Shown here: positions 54,193 to 62,796 of the stretch, piece after piece
How the letters are laid out: every line of letters starts with the position of its first letter
How positions within the stretch are numbered: position 1 is the first letter of the stretch
NCBI GenBank assembly: GCA_026981935.1
Contig: JALSIC010000002.1
Span: 5,281-69,280 of the forward strand
DNA length: 64,000 nt
Origin: Gammaproteobacteria bacterium
GTDB lineage: Bacteria; Pseudomonadota; Gammaproteobacteria; SZUA-140
Reading direction: 5' to 3'
The notes under the pieces: generated by a model
What the model saw: the letters and a program-made list of their open reading frames with translations, nothing else
What the model was told of the DNA's origin: nothing
The model's database searches: none
Translations under genes and position numbers: made by a program

Positions 54193-54313
54193 GGCACGCA
54201 GGGGGCAAGGAACAGGCAAGGAAGAACGGACACGGAACCTGCCCTTTCTCTCTCAGGCTTCATCGATGACTGCTCGCATGTCCGTCATTGGACAGCGCTT
54301 CTTCGCCGATGTC

Positions 54314-54345
54314 AAAAAGGGGCAAGGCCCGATGCCTTGCCCCTT
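54314..54345 (-). terminator. Rho-independent terminator of the cytochrome c gene
   Basis: 12-bp stem AAGGGGCAAGGC/GCCTTGCCCCTT with a T-run on the minus strand. Confidence 0.7.
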
Positions 54346-54364
54346 CTCCGTTGCCTCCCGCCTT

Positions 54365-54736
54365 TTACTTCGCAAGGGACAGGACGAAATCCACCAGCTT
54401 CTCGATATCGGCATCCGCCACGCGCGGCGAGTAGGGCGGCATGGGCACCCCGCCGGTGACCTCCGTCCAGTTGCCCTTGCCACCGGCCTTGACCTTGGCG
54501 ATGAGAAGCTCGCGGGCGCCGGCATCGCCCTTGTAACGGGCTGAAACGTCCTGCCAGGCCGGCCCCACCACCTTCTTCTCCACGCTGTGGCAGGCCAGGC
54601 AGCCGCTCTTCTTCGCCAGCGCCAGTGCATCCTCGTCCGCCAGTGCCGTGGCCGGCAGGGCCATGACGATCAGCAGGGCGAAACCAAACAGGGCACCCAG
54701 CACGGCCAGTCCGAAATTCAAGTTGGCATGTTTCAT
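54365..54736 (-). CDS. Periplasmic monoheme cytochrome c (c551/c552-like)
   Basis: Signal peptide, CLACH, VVGPAW, axial Met in GVPMPP. Confidence 0.93.
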   Translation of the reverse strand: MKHANLNFGLAVLGALFGFALLIVMALPATALADEDALALAKKSGCLACHSVEKKVVGPAWQDVSARYKGDAGARELLIAKVKAGGKGNWTEVTGGVPMPPYSPRVADADIEKLVDFVLSLAK

Positions 54737-54910
54737 GGCATTTCTCCTCTCAATGAGCTGACTCCTTGAATTCACCCCGACAGCCCTTCGGCTCCAGGGA
54801 CAGGATCACTGTACGCCCGGGCGCCTGAACCGAAGCTGAATCCGGTCCGCCCCCATCTTTTCCTGTTTCCCGTCACCCTCCCGGCCATGCGCTGCCCCCC
54901 ATTGCCCCCA

Positions 54911-54939
54911 TTGAAAGTTCTCATAAAGTTCTCTATCCT
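54911..54939 (+). promoter_or_regulatory. Sigma70-like promoter (TTGAAA-N17-TATCCT) with a GTTC-N7-GTTC LexA box in the spacer
   Basis: -35 at 54911-54916; GTTC at 54917-54920 and 54928-54931; -10 at 54934-54939; lexA ATG at 54946. Confidence 0.7.
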
Positions 54940-54945
54940 GAAAAC

Positions 54946-55566
54946 ATGGATCACGATGATGACACACTCGTCCTGCTCGCTCCCCGGGCGCGGGATACTT
55001 ACGAATTCATCCGGCATTTCTTTGCCCGCCACGGCCGGGCCCCGCTGCTGACGGAAATCGCGGCGGGACTCGGTATCCGCTCCAAGGGCACGGCACACCG
55101 TTACGTGCAGGCACTGGCCGAAGCCGGGCTCATCGAGCAGCGGCGGGGCCGGCACCGGGGGATACGCCTGCGCGAACACACATCTGCCACCACCCTGCCT
55201 CTCCTGGGCCGCATTGCCGCCGGTCGCCCCATCGAGGCCATCCCCGACGAGGATTGCGTGGACCTGAGCCAGTTCTTCATGGGACCCGGCCGTTTCATCC
55301 TGCGGGTACAAGGCGATTCCATGGTGGAAGCGGGCATCCTCGACGGCGACATGGTGGTGGTGGAGCGATGCGAGACCCCTGCCGACGGCGACATCGTGGT
55401 GGCGCTCATCGACAACGAAGAGGCCACCCTGAAATACCTGCGCCGCAATCGCGACGGCAGCATCACCCTGGTGCCGGCCAATGCCCGCCTCGCCCCCGTC
55501 ACCTACAACGCGGAACGCCTGCGTATCCAGGGCGTGGTGGTGGGTCAGTTACGCAGCTACCGGTGA
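54946..55566 (+). CDS. lexA: LexA repressor (non-enterobacterial recognition helix)
   Basis: wHTH, IAAG cleavage site, GDSM catalytic Ser, TLK catalytic Lys. Confidence 0.93.
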   Translation: MDHDDDTLVLLAPRARDTYEFIRHFFARHGRAPLLTEIAAGLGIRSKGTAHRYVQALAEAGLIEQRRGRHRGIRLREHTSATTLPLLGRIAAGRPIEAIPDEDCVDLSQFFMGPGRFILRVQGDSMVEAGILDGDMVVVERCETPADGDIVVALIDNEEATLKYLRRNRDGSITLVPANARLAPVTYNAERLRIQGVVVGQLRSYR

Positions 55567-55572
55567 GCACCC

Positions 55573-56823
55573 ATGTCCCCCGCGCTCGATCGCTGCCCCC
55601 GCCTCTGGCCCCGTGCCATCATCCACATGGACATGAACGCCTTCTTCGCCGCGGTGGAACAGCGCGACGACCCGGACCTGCGGGGCCGCCCCGTGGCCGT
55701 CACCAACGGCCTGCAAGGCACCTGCATCATCACCTGCTCCTACGAGGCCCGCACCTTCGGCATCCACACCGGGATGCGCCTGACCGCGGCACGCCGCCTG
55801 TGCCCGGCACTCGTCCAGCGCCCGGCGCGACCGCGCGTCTATGCCCGGGTCTCGGCGGCCATCATGACGGCCCTGCGGGACCGGGTCAGCCCGGACATGG
55901 AAGTCTTCTCCGTGGACGAGGCCTTTCTCGACGTGACCCGCTGTCAGCGCCTCCACGGCACCCCCCTGCGCATGGCCCGCATGGTGAAGGCCATCGTGCG
56001 CGAGGTCAGTGGCGGCCTGAGCTGTTCCGTGGGTGTGAGCGGCGACAAGACCACCGCCAAGTTCGCCGCCAAGCTGGAGAAACCCGACGGCCTCACCGTC
56101 ATCCCTCCCTGGGAGGCCCGCGAACGCCTGCGGGACATCCCTGTCACCGCCCTGTGCGGTGTCGCCGAAGGCATCGGCCGCTATCTCGCCCGCCATGGGG
56201 CGCGGACCTGCGGCGACGTGGCGGCACTGCCGGTGAGTGTCCTGGCGCGCCGCTTCGGCAACCTGGGACGGCGCATCTGGCTCATGTGCCAGGGCCGGGA
56301 CCCGGACCGGATCCATCTGGACACGCCGCCGCCCAAGAGCCTGGGCCACGGGAAGGTGGTGCCACCTGCCACCCGCGACCGCGCGCTCCTGCTCACTTAT
56401 CTGCAGCACATGAGCGAGAAGGTGGCGACGCGCCTGCGGCGCCATGAACTGGAGGCGCAGGTGTTCTTCATCGGGCTGCGGGGTGAATCGGCATGGCTGG
56501 GAGAGCGCCTGCAGACGGCCGTGCCGGTCTGCGACGGCGGCGCCATCTTTGCGCTGTGCCGTGATTTCATGGACAGGGCCTGGCACAACGAACCGGTCTT
56601 CCAGGTCCAGGTCACGGCGCTCGCACCGCGTCCCCGGCGCCTGCAGCTGACCCTGTTCGAGGAAACGGCATCCCCCAGTGATGCACTCAATGTGGTGATG
56701 GACGAAATCAACCGCTGTTATGGCGAGTTCACCATTGCGCCGGCCCGGCTGTTGCAACGCTCCACCATGCCCGATGTGATTGCCCCCGCCTGGAAACCGG
56801 CGGGACACAGACAGAGCCTCTGA
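55573..56823 (+). CDS. dinB: Y-family DNA polymerase IV
   Basis: HMDMNAFFAAVE, SYEARTFG, SVDEAFLD, clamp-binding QLTLF. Confidence 0.92.
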   Translation: MSPALDRCPRLWPRAIIHMDMNAFFAAVEQRDDPDLRGRPVAVTNGLQGTCIITCSYEARTFGIHTGMRLTAARRLCPALVQRPARPRVYARVSAAIMTALRDRVSPDMEVFSVDEAFLDVTRCQRLHGTPLRMARMVKAIVREVSGGLSCSVGVSGDKTTAKFAAKLEKPDGLTVIPPWEARERLRDIPVTALCGVAEGIGRYLARHGARTCGDVAALPVSVLARRFGNLGRRIWLMCQGRDPDRIHLDTPPPKSLGHGKVVPPATRDRALLLTYLQHMSEKVATRLRRHELEAQVFFIGLRGESAWLGERLQTAVPVCDGGAIFALCRDFMDRAWHNEPVFQVQVTALAPRPRRLQLTLFEETASPSDALNVVMDEINRCYGEFTIAPARLLQRSTMPDVIAPAWKPAGHRQSL

Positions 56824-56904
56824 ACCGCTGTCGTCAAAGGCCAGAGAGGGAAAACCCCGTAACCGGGTAACTTTCGTGGTCGGCCTGCCAGTGACCCATT
56901 ACTA

Positions 56905-57078
56905 TCAATCCGGATCGACGGCTTCCACAGCAGTTTCCTGACGCGCCTGGGTCCGGGACCGGGCCTCCGCTTCTTCCGCCTCGCGGCGTTTCATATTGCG
57001 CCAGTCGCCATAGGCGATGAGGCCCAGCAACAAGGTCAGCAGGGAGATGACCACGATTTGCAGAATGATCATGCCCAT
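56905..57078 (-). CDS. Small single-TM hypothetical protein
   Basis: Hydrophobic N-terminal helix then charged tail; short ORF only. Confidence 0.45.
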   Translation of the reverse strand: MGMIILQIVVISLLTLLLGLIAYGDWRNMKRREAEEAEARSRTQARQETAVEAVDPD

Positions 57079-57128
57079 ACGGAGCGAGAGTAGCACAAAC
57101 ACGCACTTCACACAAAGATTTTTGTGAT

Positions 57129-57545
57129 TTATGTATGATTATTTCGATTATTGCAGACCGCTCGGTCGGGCAGCTTCTGCCAGCGCCACTGGAACAAGGG
57201 CATCCTGCGCAGCCAGTGCTCGCTCCAGGCATAGAGCACCAGGCCCAGGCCGTCTGCGATCCAGTCGAGAACGGAGGCGGAACGATAGGGCAGAAAGTAC
57301 TGCACCACCTCGATGAACAGACCATAGCCCAGCAGTATCAGTGCCTTGCGCCAGCGATAGGGCATGTGCGGATAGGCGAAATCCAGCAGGAAGGCGAGAA
57401 AGAAGAATGCGGCGAGGTGCTGAAGCTTGTCACTGATGCTGCGCAGCACCGAATCCTCCGGTACTGGCGCAAAGGCGAGATAGCTGGCAATGACAATGGC
57501 GCCGAAGAAGGCCCAGCGGAATCCTGCGATGTAATGCGCCACCAT
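57129..57545 (-). CDS. VanZ family membrane protein
   Basis: DKLQHLAAF, YGLFIEVVQYFLPYRSASVLDWIAD. Confidence 0.88.
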   Translation of the reverse strand: MVAHYIAGFRWAFFGAIVIASYLAFAPVPEDSVLRSISDKLQHLAAFFFLAFLLDFAYPHMPYRWRKALILLGYGLFIEVVQYFLPYRSASVLDWIADGLGLVLYAWSEHWLRRMPLFQWRWQKLPDRAVCNNRNNHT

Positions 57546-57601
57546 GGCGATCCCCTTTACCTGCAAAACGCCACAGTCTACCCTCACGGGATGAGCGCGA
57601 C

Positions 57602-57630
57602 AAAAAAAGGGGTGCACGCCGGTGCACCCC
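57602..57630 (-). terminator. Rho-independent terminator not belonging to any annotated CDS
   Basis: 9-bp stem GGGGTGCAC/GTGCACCCC followed by T7 on the minus strand. Confidence 0.75.
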
Positions 57631-57752
57631 AAAGCTTGAGGGAGGTGAAAGATGAAAAGGGCACTGATCGGGCCCTAATCTTTCACCCGGGATTGATGCA
57701 CACTCCATGCCAGGTCATGCATGAAGCCTGCCGTCATGAATCCACGGCATGC

Positions 57753-57842
57753 GCAGGCCGGACGAAGCACAGCGAAATCCGGGACAAAGGGCGTCTTTGC
57801 CGGGATTCCGGCCCCCGCGGGCTGCGTGCAGGCTGCACGATG
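57753..57842. repeat. Degenerate REP doublet, copy 3
   Basis: GCAGGCCGGACG...AATCCGGG...GGATTCCGG...GGCTGCACGATG matches copies 1 and 2. Confidence 0.7.
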
Positions 57843-57934
57843 AACGCGAGACATGCCACCTGCCGACCCGGTTCTTGAAACCCTCGACAAACTGTCGCCG
57901 ACGAGATTCCGCCACCTTCGCCACAAAAACGTCA

Positions 57935-59419
57935 ATGCCCGGATCCGCGCCAGCCCCCTGTCACCAGCGCTGCTATCTGCTCCTCGATCAGGGCGGCCAT
58001 GCCAGCCGCGCCCTGATCTACGACGGTGCGGGACGCCTCCTGAGCGAGGGCCGGGCGGTGCTCGCCGCCCGCGGCGGCGACCTGTGCTGGGAGTACGATC
58101 CGAAGGCCCTGCTGCGAAGCCTGCGCGAAGCCATGCACAGCGCGCTGGCAACGCTGGGAGACGACGCGCCCCCCGTGGCGGCAGCGGGCCTGGCCACCCA
58201 GCGCGCCAACACCGCCTGCTGGGACCGGCGCGACGGCACGCCCCTTGCCCCTGTCATCGCCTGGCAGGACCGGCGCGCCACGGACCTGTTCGAGGCCCTG
58301 GATGCCGGCCAGCACCGCCTCATCCGGGAAATCACCGGCCTGGCACCCTCGCCACACTATGGCGCAGGCAAACTGCGCTGGTATCTGGAACGGGTACCGG
58401 CAGTCAGGCGTGCCCGGCGTGACGGCCGCCTCGCCATGGGCCCCATGGCCGCTTTCCTCGTCCGGCGCCTGACCCGGGAGGGCCATTCCCTGGTCGATCC
58501 CGTGAATGCCTCCCGCACCCTGCTCTGGGACCTGCGGCGGCGCACGTGGTCCGCCCCCCTGCTGGCGCTCTTTGGCATCCCCGCCGACGTCCTGCCCGGC
58601 TGCGTGCCCACCTGTCACGACTTCGGCCGGCTGCAGGGTGGCGAGGCAGCGCCGCCCCTGCGTGTGGTGACAGGTGACCAGGCCGCGGCGCTCTTCGCCC
58701 GGGGCCGGCCGGACACCGAAACCGCCTGCATCACCCTGGGCACCGGGGCCTTCGTTCTCCAGCCTGTGGGTCCCGAGCCAGTGACATGCCAGGGCCTGCT
58801 CTCCAGCATCATTCAGGCAGCGCCCTCCCCCCTCTACGCGCTGGAAGGAACGGTCAACGGTGCCGGCAACGCCCTGCGCTGGTTCGAGAGGCACACGGCC
58901 CGGTCCATCGACTATGAACAACTGGATGTGCTGCTGGCCGAAGACGATGACGCCCCGCTTTTCCTCAACGGCATCGGCGGGCTGGGGACGCCCTTCATGC
59001 AGCCTGATCTTCCTTCCCGTTTCATCGGCGGCGGCGATCACGATCGACGCCTCGTGGCACTCGTGGACAGCATCCTGTTCCTGCTCCAGCTCAACCTGGA
59101 ACGGCTCTCAGAGGCCGCCTCGGAGGCCGGACATCCTGCGCCGCGCCGCATCGAGGTCGGCGGCGGCCTGGCCCGCCTGGATCACTTCTGCCGGCGCCTC
59201 GCCGCCCTCAGCGGCCTGCCCGTGGAGCGCTGCCGCGATCATGAGACGACCGCCCGCGGCCTGCTGTATCAGCTCGCCGAGGCCTGTGACGCACCACCCC
59301 CCCAGCCACCGCCCGTCGATCACTTCGCCGTACATCCCCGCCCTCGCCTGAAGCAGCGCTATGGCCGCTGGAAGCGGCTGCTGTATGATGCGGTACGGGA
59401 CGGAGACCGCAAGAAGTGA
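57935..59419 (+). CDS. FGGY-family carbohydrate kinase (glycerol kinase-like)
   Basis: LLDQGG, ATQR, IAWQDRR, DPVNASRTLL, GDQAAALF, GTGAF, VGGG; start set at ATG 57935. Confidence 0.85.
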   Translation: MPGSAPAPCHQRCYLLLDQGGHASRALIYDGAGRLLSEGRAVLAARGGDLCWEYDPKALLRSLREAMHSALATLGDDAPPVAAAGLATQRANTACWDRRDGTPLAPVIAWQDRRATDLFEALDAGQHRLIREITGLAPSPHYGAGKLRWYLERVPAVRRARRDGRLAMGPMAAFLVRRLTREGHSLVDPVNASRTLLWDLRRRTWSAPLLALFGIPADVLPGCVPTCHDFGRLQGGEAAPPLRVVTGDQAAALFARGRPDTETACITLGTGAFVLQPVGPEPVTCQGLLSSIIQAAPSPLYALEGTVNGAGNALRWFERHTARSIDYEQLDVLLAEDDDAPLFLNGIGGLGTPFMQPDLPSRFIGGGDHDRRLVALVDSILFLLQLNLERLSEAASEAGHPAPRRIEVGGGLARLDHFCRRLAALSGLPVERCRDHETTARGLLYQLAEACDAPPPQPPPVDHFAVHPRPRLKQRYGRWKRLLYDAVRDGDRKK

Positions 59420-60318
59420 CGGCACCCGATCAGCATCAGAACAGGAAACCCGCCGGGTGTCACCTGCCCCGCCTGGTGGCGCACCGCGGCTACCCGTATC
59501 GTTATCCTGAAAACACCCTGCCGGGCATCACCGCGGCCCTGGCAGCAGGCGCGTCCCATATCGAGGTGGATGTCCAGCTCAGCACCGACGGCGTGCCCAT
59601 GCTTTTCCACGACGTTTCTCTGGCCCGCACCACCGGCCGCGCAGGCAATATCATGGACCTGGACTGTGCCACCCTGAGCCGCATCCCGGCAGGAGAACCC
59701 CGGCGCTTCGGCCGGCGCTTCGCCCACGTCACCATCCCGACCCTGGCGGCGCTCGCTGAGCTGCTCGGCACCTGGCCGGCCGCCGAGGTCTTCGTGGAAA
59801 TCAAGACCGAAAGCCTGGCACGTTTCGGCACGCAGGCCGTGGTGACGGCCGTCATGGCCGCCGTCGAGCCCCTGGGGATGCGCGCCATTCCCATTTCCTA
59901 CGCGGCCGAGGCCCTGCAGGCGGCCCGCCGCCGGGGCGCACGCCGGGTGGGCTGGGTCCTGTCCCGGCCCGATGCCGCCCATCGCCGCCAGGCCGAAGCC
60001 CTGCGGCCCGACTATCTCTTCTGCAACCACACCCGGCTGAAGCCCGGGCCCGAGGCCCTTTGGTCCGGCCCCTGGGCCTGGGTACTCTACGAGATCGCCG
60101 ATGCCCGCCTGGCCCTGGACTGGCATGCGCGCGGTGCGCGCTACATCGAAACCATGGCGGTGGGCGAACTGCTGCGCCAACTGGCATCCATGACAGGATC
60201 CGTACCGGAATCCATGCTGGGATCCATACCGGGATCCATACTGGGATCCACACCAGGGACAACCTCAGGGGGCAGCCCGCTGCAGCGAGGCGGAACCCGG
60301 AACGATGGGGATGAATAA
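59416..60318 (+). CDS. Glycerophosphodiester phosphodiesterase family protein
   Basis: VAHRG, PENT, IEVDVQLSTDG, HD, VEIK. Confidence 0.88.
   Translation: MTAPDQHQNRKPAGCHLPRLVAHRGYPYRYPENTLPGITAALAAGASHIEVDVQLSTDGVPMLFHDVSLARTTGRAGNIMDLDCATLSRIPAGEPRRFGRRFAHVTIPTLAALAELLGTWPAAEVFVEIKTESLARFGTQAVVTAVMAAVEPLGMRAIPISYAAEALQAARRRGARRVGWVLSRPDAAHRRQAEALRPDYLFCNHTRLKPGPEALWSGPWAWVLYEIADARLALDWHARGARYIETMAVGELLRQLASMTGSVPESMLGSIPGSILGSTPGTTSGGSPLQRGGTRNDGDE
60183..60254 (+). repeat. Six 12-nt tandem units within the GDPD 3' end
   Basis: GGGATCCATACY-like units encoding ASMT GSVP ESML GSIP GSIL GSTP. Confidence 0.8.
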
Positions 60319-61492
60319 CACGGACATCATCGTCATCGGCGCAGGCATCCATGGCGCCGGCGTGGCCCAGGCTGCTGCCGCCGCGGGCCATGAGGTCCTG
60401 GTGCTGGAACAGCGCGCCCTGGCCTTCGGCACCTCCAGCCGCTCCAGCAAGCTGATCCACGGCGGCCTGCGCTATCTGGAGTCGCGCCAGTTTGCCCTGG
60501 TACGGGAATGCCTGCGGGAACGCGCCCTGCTGTTGCGCCTGGCACCGGAGCTGGTCCGCCTTCAACCCTTCCACATTCCCGTCTACCGTGACACCCGCCG
60601 CCGCCCCTGGCAGTTGCGTGCGGGACTCGCCCTGTATGCCCTGCTGGGCGGACTTGCACCGGGCACCCGCTTCCGCACCCTGCCACGGCGCCAGTGGGAA
60701 GCCCTGGACGGCCTGGACACCGGCGGCCTGCAACAGGTCTTCCAGTACCACGACGCCCAGACCGACGATGCGGCGCTCACCCGCGCGGTGATGCGATCGG
60801 CCCAGGCCTTGGGCGCCCGCCTGGAACTGCCCGCCGTCTTCACCGGCGCCGAACTGGCACCCGGCGAGGTGATCGTCCACTACCGCTGCGCCGAGCGGGA
60901 GCACAGCTGCCGGGCCCGCGTCCTGGTCAATGCCGCCGGCCCCTGGGCCAACCAGGTGCTGGCCCGCATCACGCCGCCGCCCCCTACCCTGGCGGTGGAC
61001 CTGGTGCAAGGCAGCCACATTCTCCTGGACGGACGACTGGAACGGGGCTTCTATTACCTGGAGGCGCCCCGCGACCGGCGTGCGGTCTTCGCCATGCCCT
61101 GGCACGATCGTATCCTGGTGGGCACCACCGAGGTACCCTATGAAGGCGATCCGGCCGCCGTTGCGCCCACCCCCGAGGAAATGGACTATCTGCTGGGGAC
61201 CTTCGCCCATTATTTTCCCGCCTGGCGCGGCGCGGGCCGCGAACGGATCCGGGACGCCTTCGCCGGCCTGCGGGTGCTGCCCACCGCCGCCGGCAGTGCC
61301 TTCGACCGGCCGCGGGAGACCATACTCCACACGGACCGCGCACGACGGCCGCGCCTGCTCACCGTCTACGGCGGCAAGCTCACCGCCTACCGCGCCACCG
61401 CGGAAAAGGTCATGAAACGCCTGGCCGCGAGCCTCCCGGCGCGCAGACCCCGGGGCGACACCCGCAAACTGCCCCTCACCCCCGCAACATAG
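60305..61492 (+). CDS. FAD-dependent glycerol-3-phosphate dehydrogenase-like (short GlpD)
   Basis: IGAGIHG, GTSSRSSKLIHGGLRYLE, VNAAGPW, VGTT, GGKLTAYR. Confidence 0.85.
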   Translation: MGMNNTDIIVIGAGIHGAGVAQAAAAAGHEVLVLEQRALAFGTSSRSSKLIHGGLRYLESRQFALVRECLRERALLLRLAPELVRLQPFHIPVYRDTRRRPWQLRAGLALYALLGGLAPGTRFRTLPRRQWEALDGLDTGGLQQVFQYHDAQTDDAALTRAVMRSAQALGARLELPAVFTGAELAPGEVIVHYRCAEREHSCRARVLVNAAGPWANQVLARITPPPPTLAVDLVQGSHILLDGRLERGFYYLEAPRDRRAVFAMPWHDRILVGTTEVPYEGDPAAVAPTPEEMDYLLGTFAHYFPAWRGAGRERIRDAFAGLRVLPTAAGSAFDRPRETILHTDRARRPRLLTVYGGKLTAYRATAEKVMKRLAASLPARRPRGDTRKLPLTPAT

Positions 61493-61549
61493 CCACCGGT
61501 TCGCGGCCCTGAGACCGCGCAGAAGCACCGCCTCGGGGCAAAAGAGGAT

Positions 61550-61894
61550 TCAGCCCGGCGGCCATTTCATGGGACGCCCGCCGAGGACGTGCAGGTGGAG
61601 GTGAAAGACCGTCTGACCCGCCTCCGCGTTGCAGTTCATGACCGTGCGATAACCCCGCTCGGCCAGGCCCTCCCGCCGGGCGACTTCCCTGGCCGCGAGA
61701 TAAAGCCGGCCCACCAGTTCGGCATGCGACGGCTCCAGGTCGTTGATCGTAGCGATATGCGTCCGCGGCACCACCAGCACATGGGTTGGCGCCTGGGGAT
61801 TGATATCCCGGAAAGCCAGTACCGCATCGTCTTCGTAAACCACGTCGGGTCGAATCTCGCCCGCGACCATCTTGCAGAACAAACAATCCGTCAT
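61550..61894 (-). CDS. hinT: Histidine triad nucleotide-binding protein
   Basis: DCLFCK, DINPQAPTH, HLHLH triad. Confidence 0.92.
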   Translation of the reverse strand: MTDCLFCKMVAGEIRPDVVYEDDAVLAFRDINPQAPTHVLVVPRTHIATINDLEPSHAELVGRLYLAAREVARREGLAERGYRTVMNCNAEAGQTVFHLHLHVLGGRPMKWPPG

Positions 61895-62013
61895 GTTCCT
61901 TCCCTCCCATTGGTTTCACCGATTGCTACAGCCTGCTCGCGCCGGGGGCGGCGTCCTGCACCGGCACCCTGTGTCGGCGCCCTCCCGGCCGCCTGCCTCC
62001 CCGCCCGCGCCTG

Positions 62014-62796
62014 TCACCGACAAGTCCCCGAGCGAGTTCCGGCCAGGGACTCGCTCAATCGCTCCACGCCCGTTTCCACCGTTCCGTCTTCCCCCAGGGC
62101 CAGCCAGCGGTAACCGGGCCGGGCGGTGTCCAGGGCAAACTCCTCGGCATCCGGAAGGAACTGCGCCATGGTGGAGGGCGTGGCCAGCAGGCGCACGCCC
62201 CGGCGCAGCTCGTCGTACGCCTGGTGGACGTGACCCCACAGCACCGCGCGCACGTTGGCGTGGGCATCGAGCACGCCGAACAGGGCCTCCGGATTGTCGA
62301 GAACGAGCCCCCGGTCCAGCCAGGCCATGCCGCAGGGACGCGGGGGATGGTGCAGGCATACCAGGGCATGGGACCCGGCATGCCCGTCCAGCAGCCCGTC
62401 CAGGGCAGTCAGCTCCGTTTCATCCAGATGCCCCCGCACCTCGCCGGGCACACTGCTGTCCAGAAACACCAGCAACCAGTTTCCGTAGCGGGCGCTGCGT
62501 TGCCAGGTCACCGGCGGCGAAGAGAAGACCCTCCGCATGGCGGCCTTGTCGTCGTGATTGCCGGGCACGCAATGAACCGGCATGTCCAGCGTGGCGAGAT
62601 GGGCCCGCAGCCGCGGGTAGGCCGCGGGTGCGTCGTGCACCAGATCGCCGGTCACGAGGGCGGCCCGGCAGCCGCGCTCACGGGCGCGGGCCGCCGCCAG
62701 CACGGCCTGCAAGGTGGCATCGGGCTGCACGCCGTAACTCACGTGCGCGGGATCCGCAAACAAGTGCGTATCCGTGAAATGGAGCAGGCGGATCAT
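62014..62796 (-). CDS. cpdA: 3',5'-cyclic-nucleotide phosphodiesterase CpdA
   Basis: TDTH, TGDL, PGNHD, HHPP, GHVHQ metallophosphoesterase motifs. Confidence 0.88.
   Translation of the reverse strand: MIRLLHFTDTHLFADPAHVSYGVQPDATLQAVLAAARARERGCRAALVTGDLVHDAPAAYPRLRAHLATLDMPVHCVPGNHDDKAAMRRVFSSPPVTWQRSARYGNWLLVFLDSSVPGEVRGHLDETELTALDGLLDGHAGSHALVCLHHPPRPCGMAWLDRGLVLDNPEALFGVLDAHANVRAVLWGHVHQAYDELRRGVRLLATPSTMAQFLPDAEEFALDTARPGYRWLALGEDGTVETGVERLSESLAGTRSGTCR

Noticed and set aside
57749-57934. N-terminal extension of the FGGY kinase ORF
   Set aside because: It overlaps a REP doublet; kinase homology starts after ATG 57935
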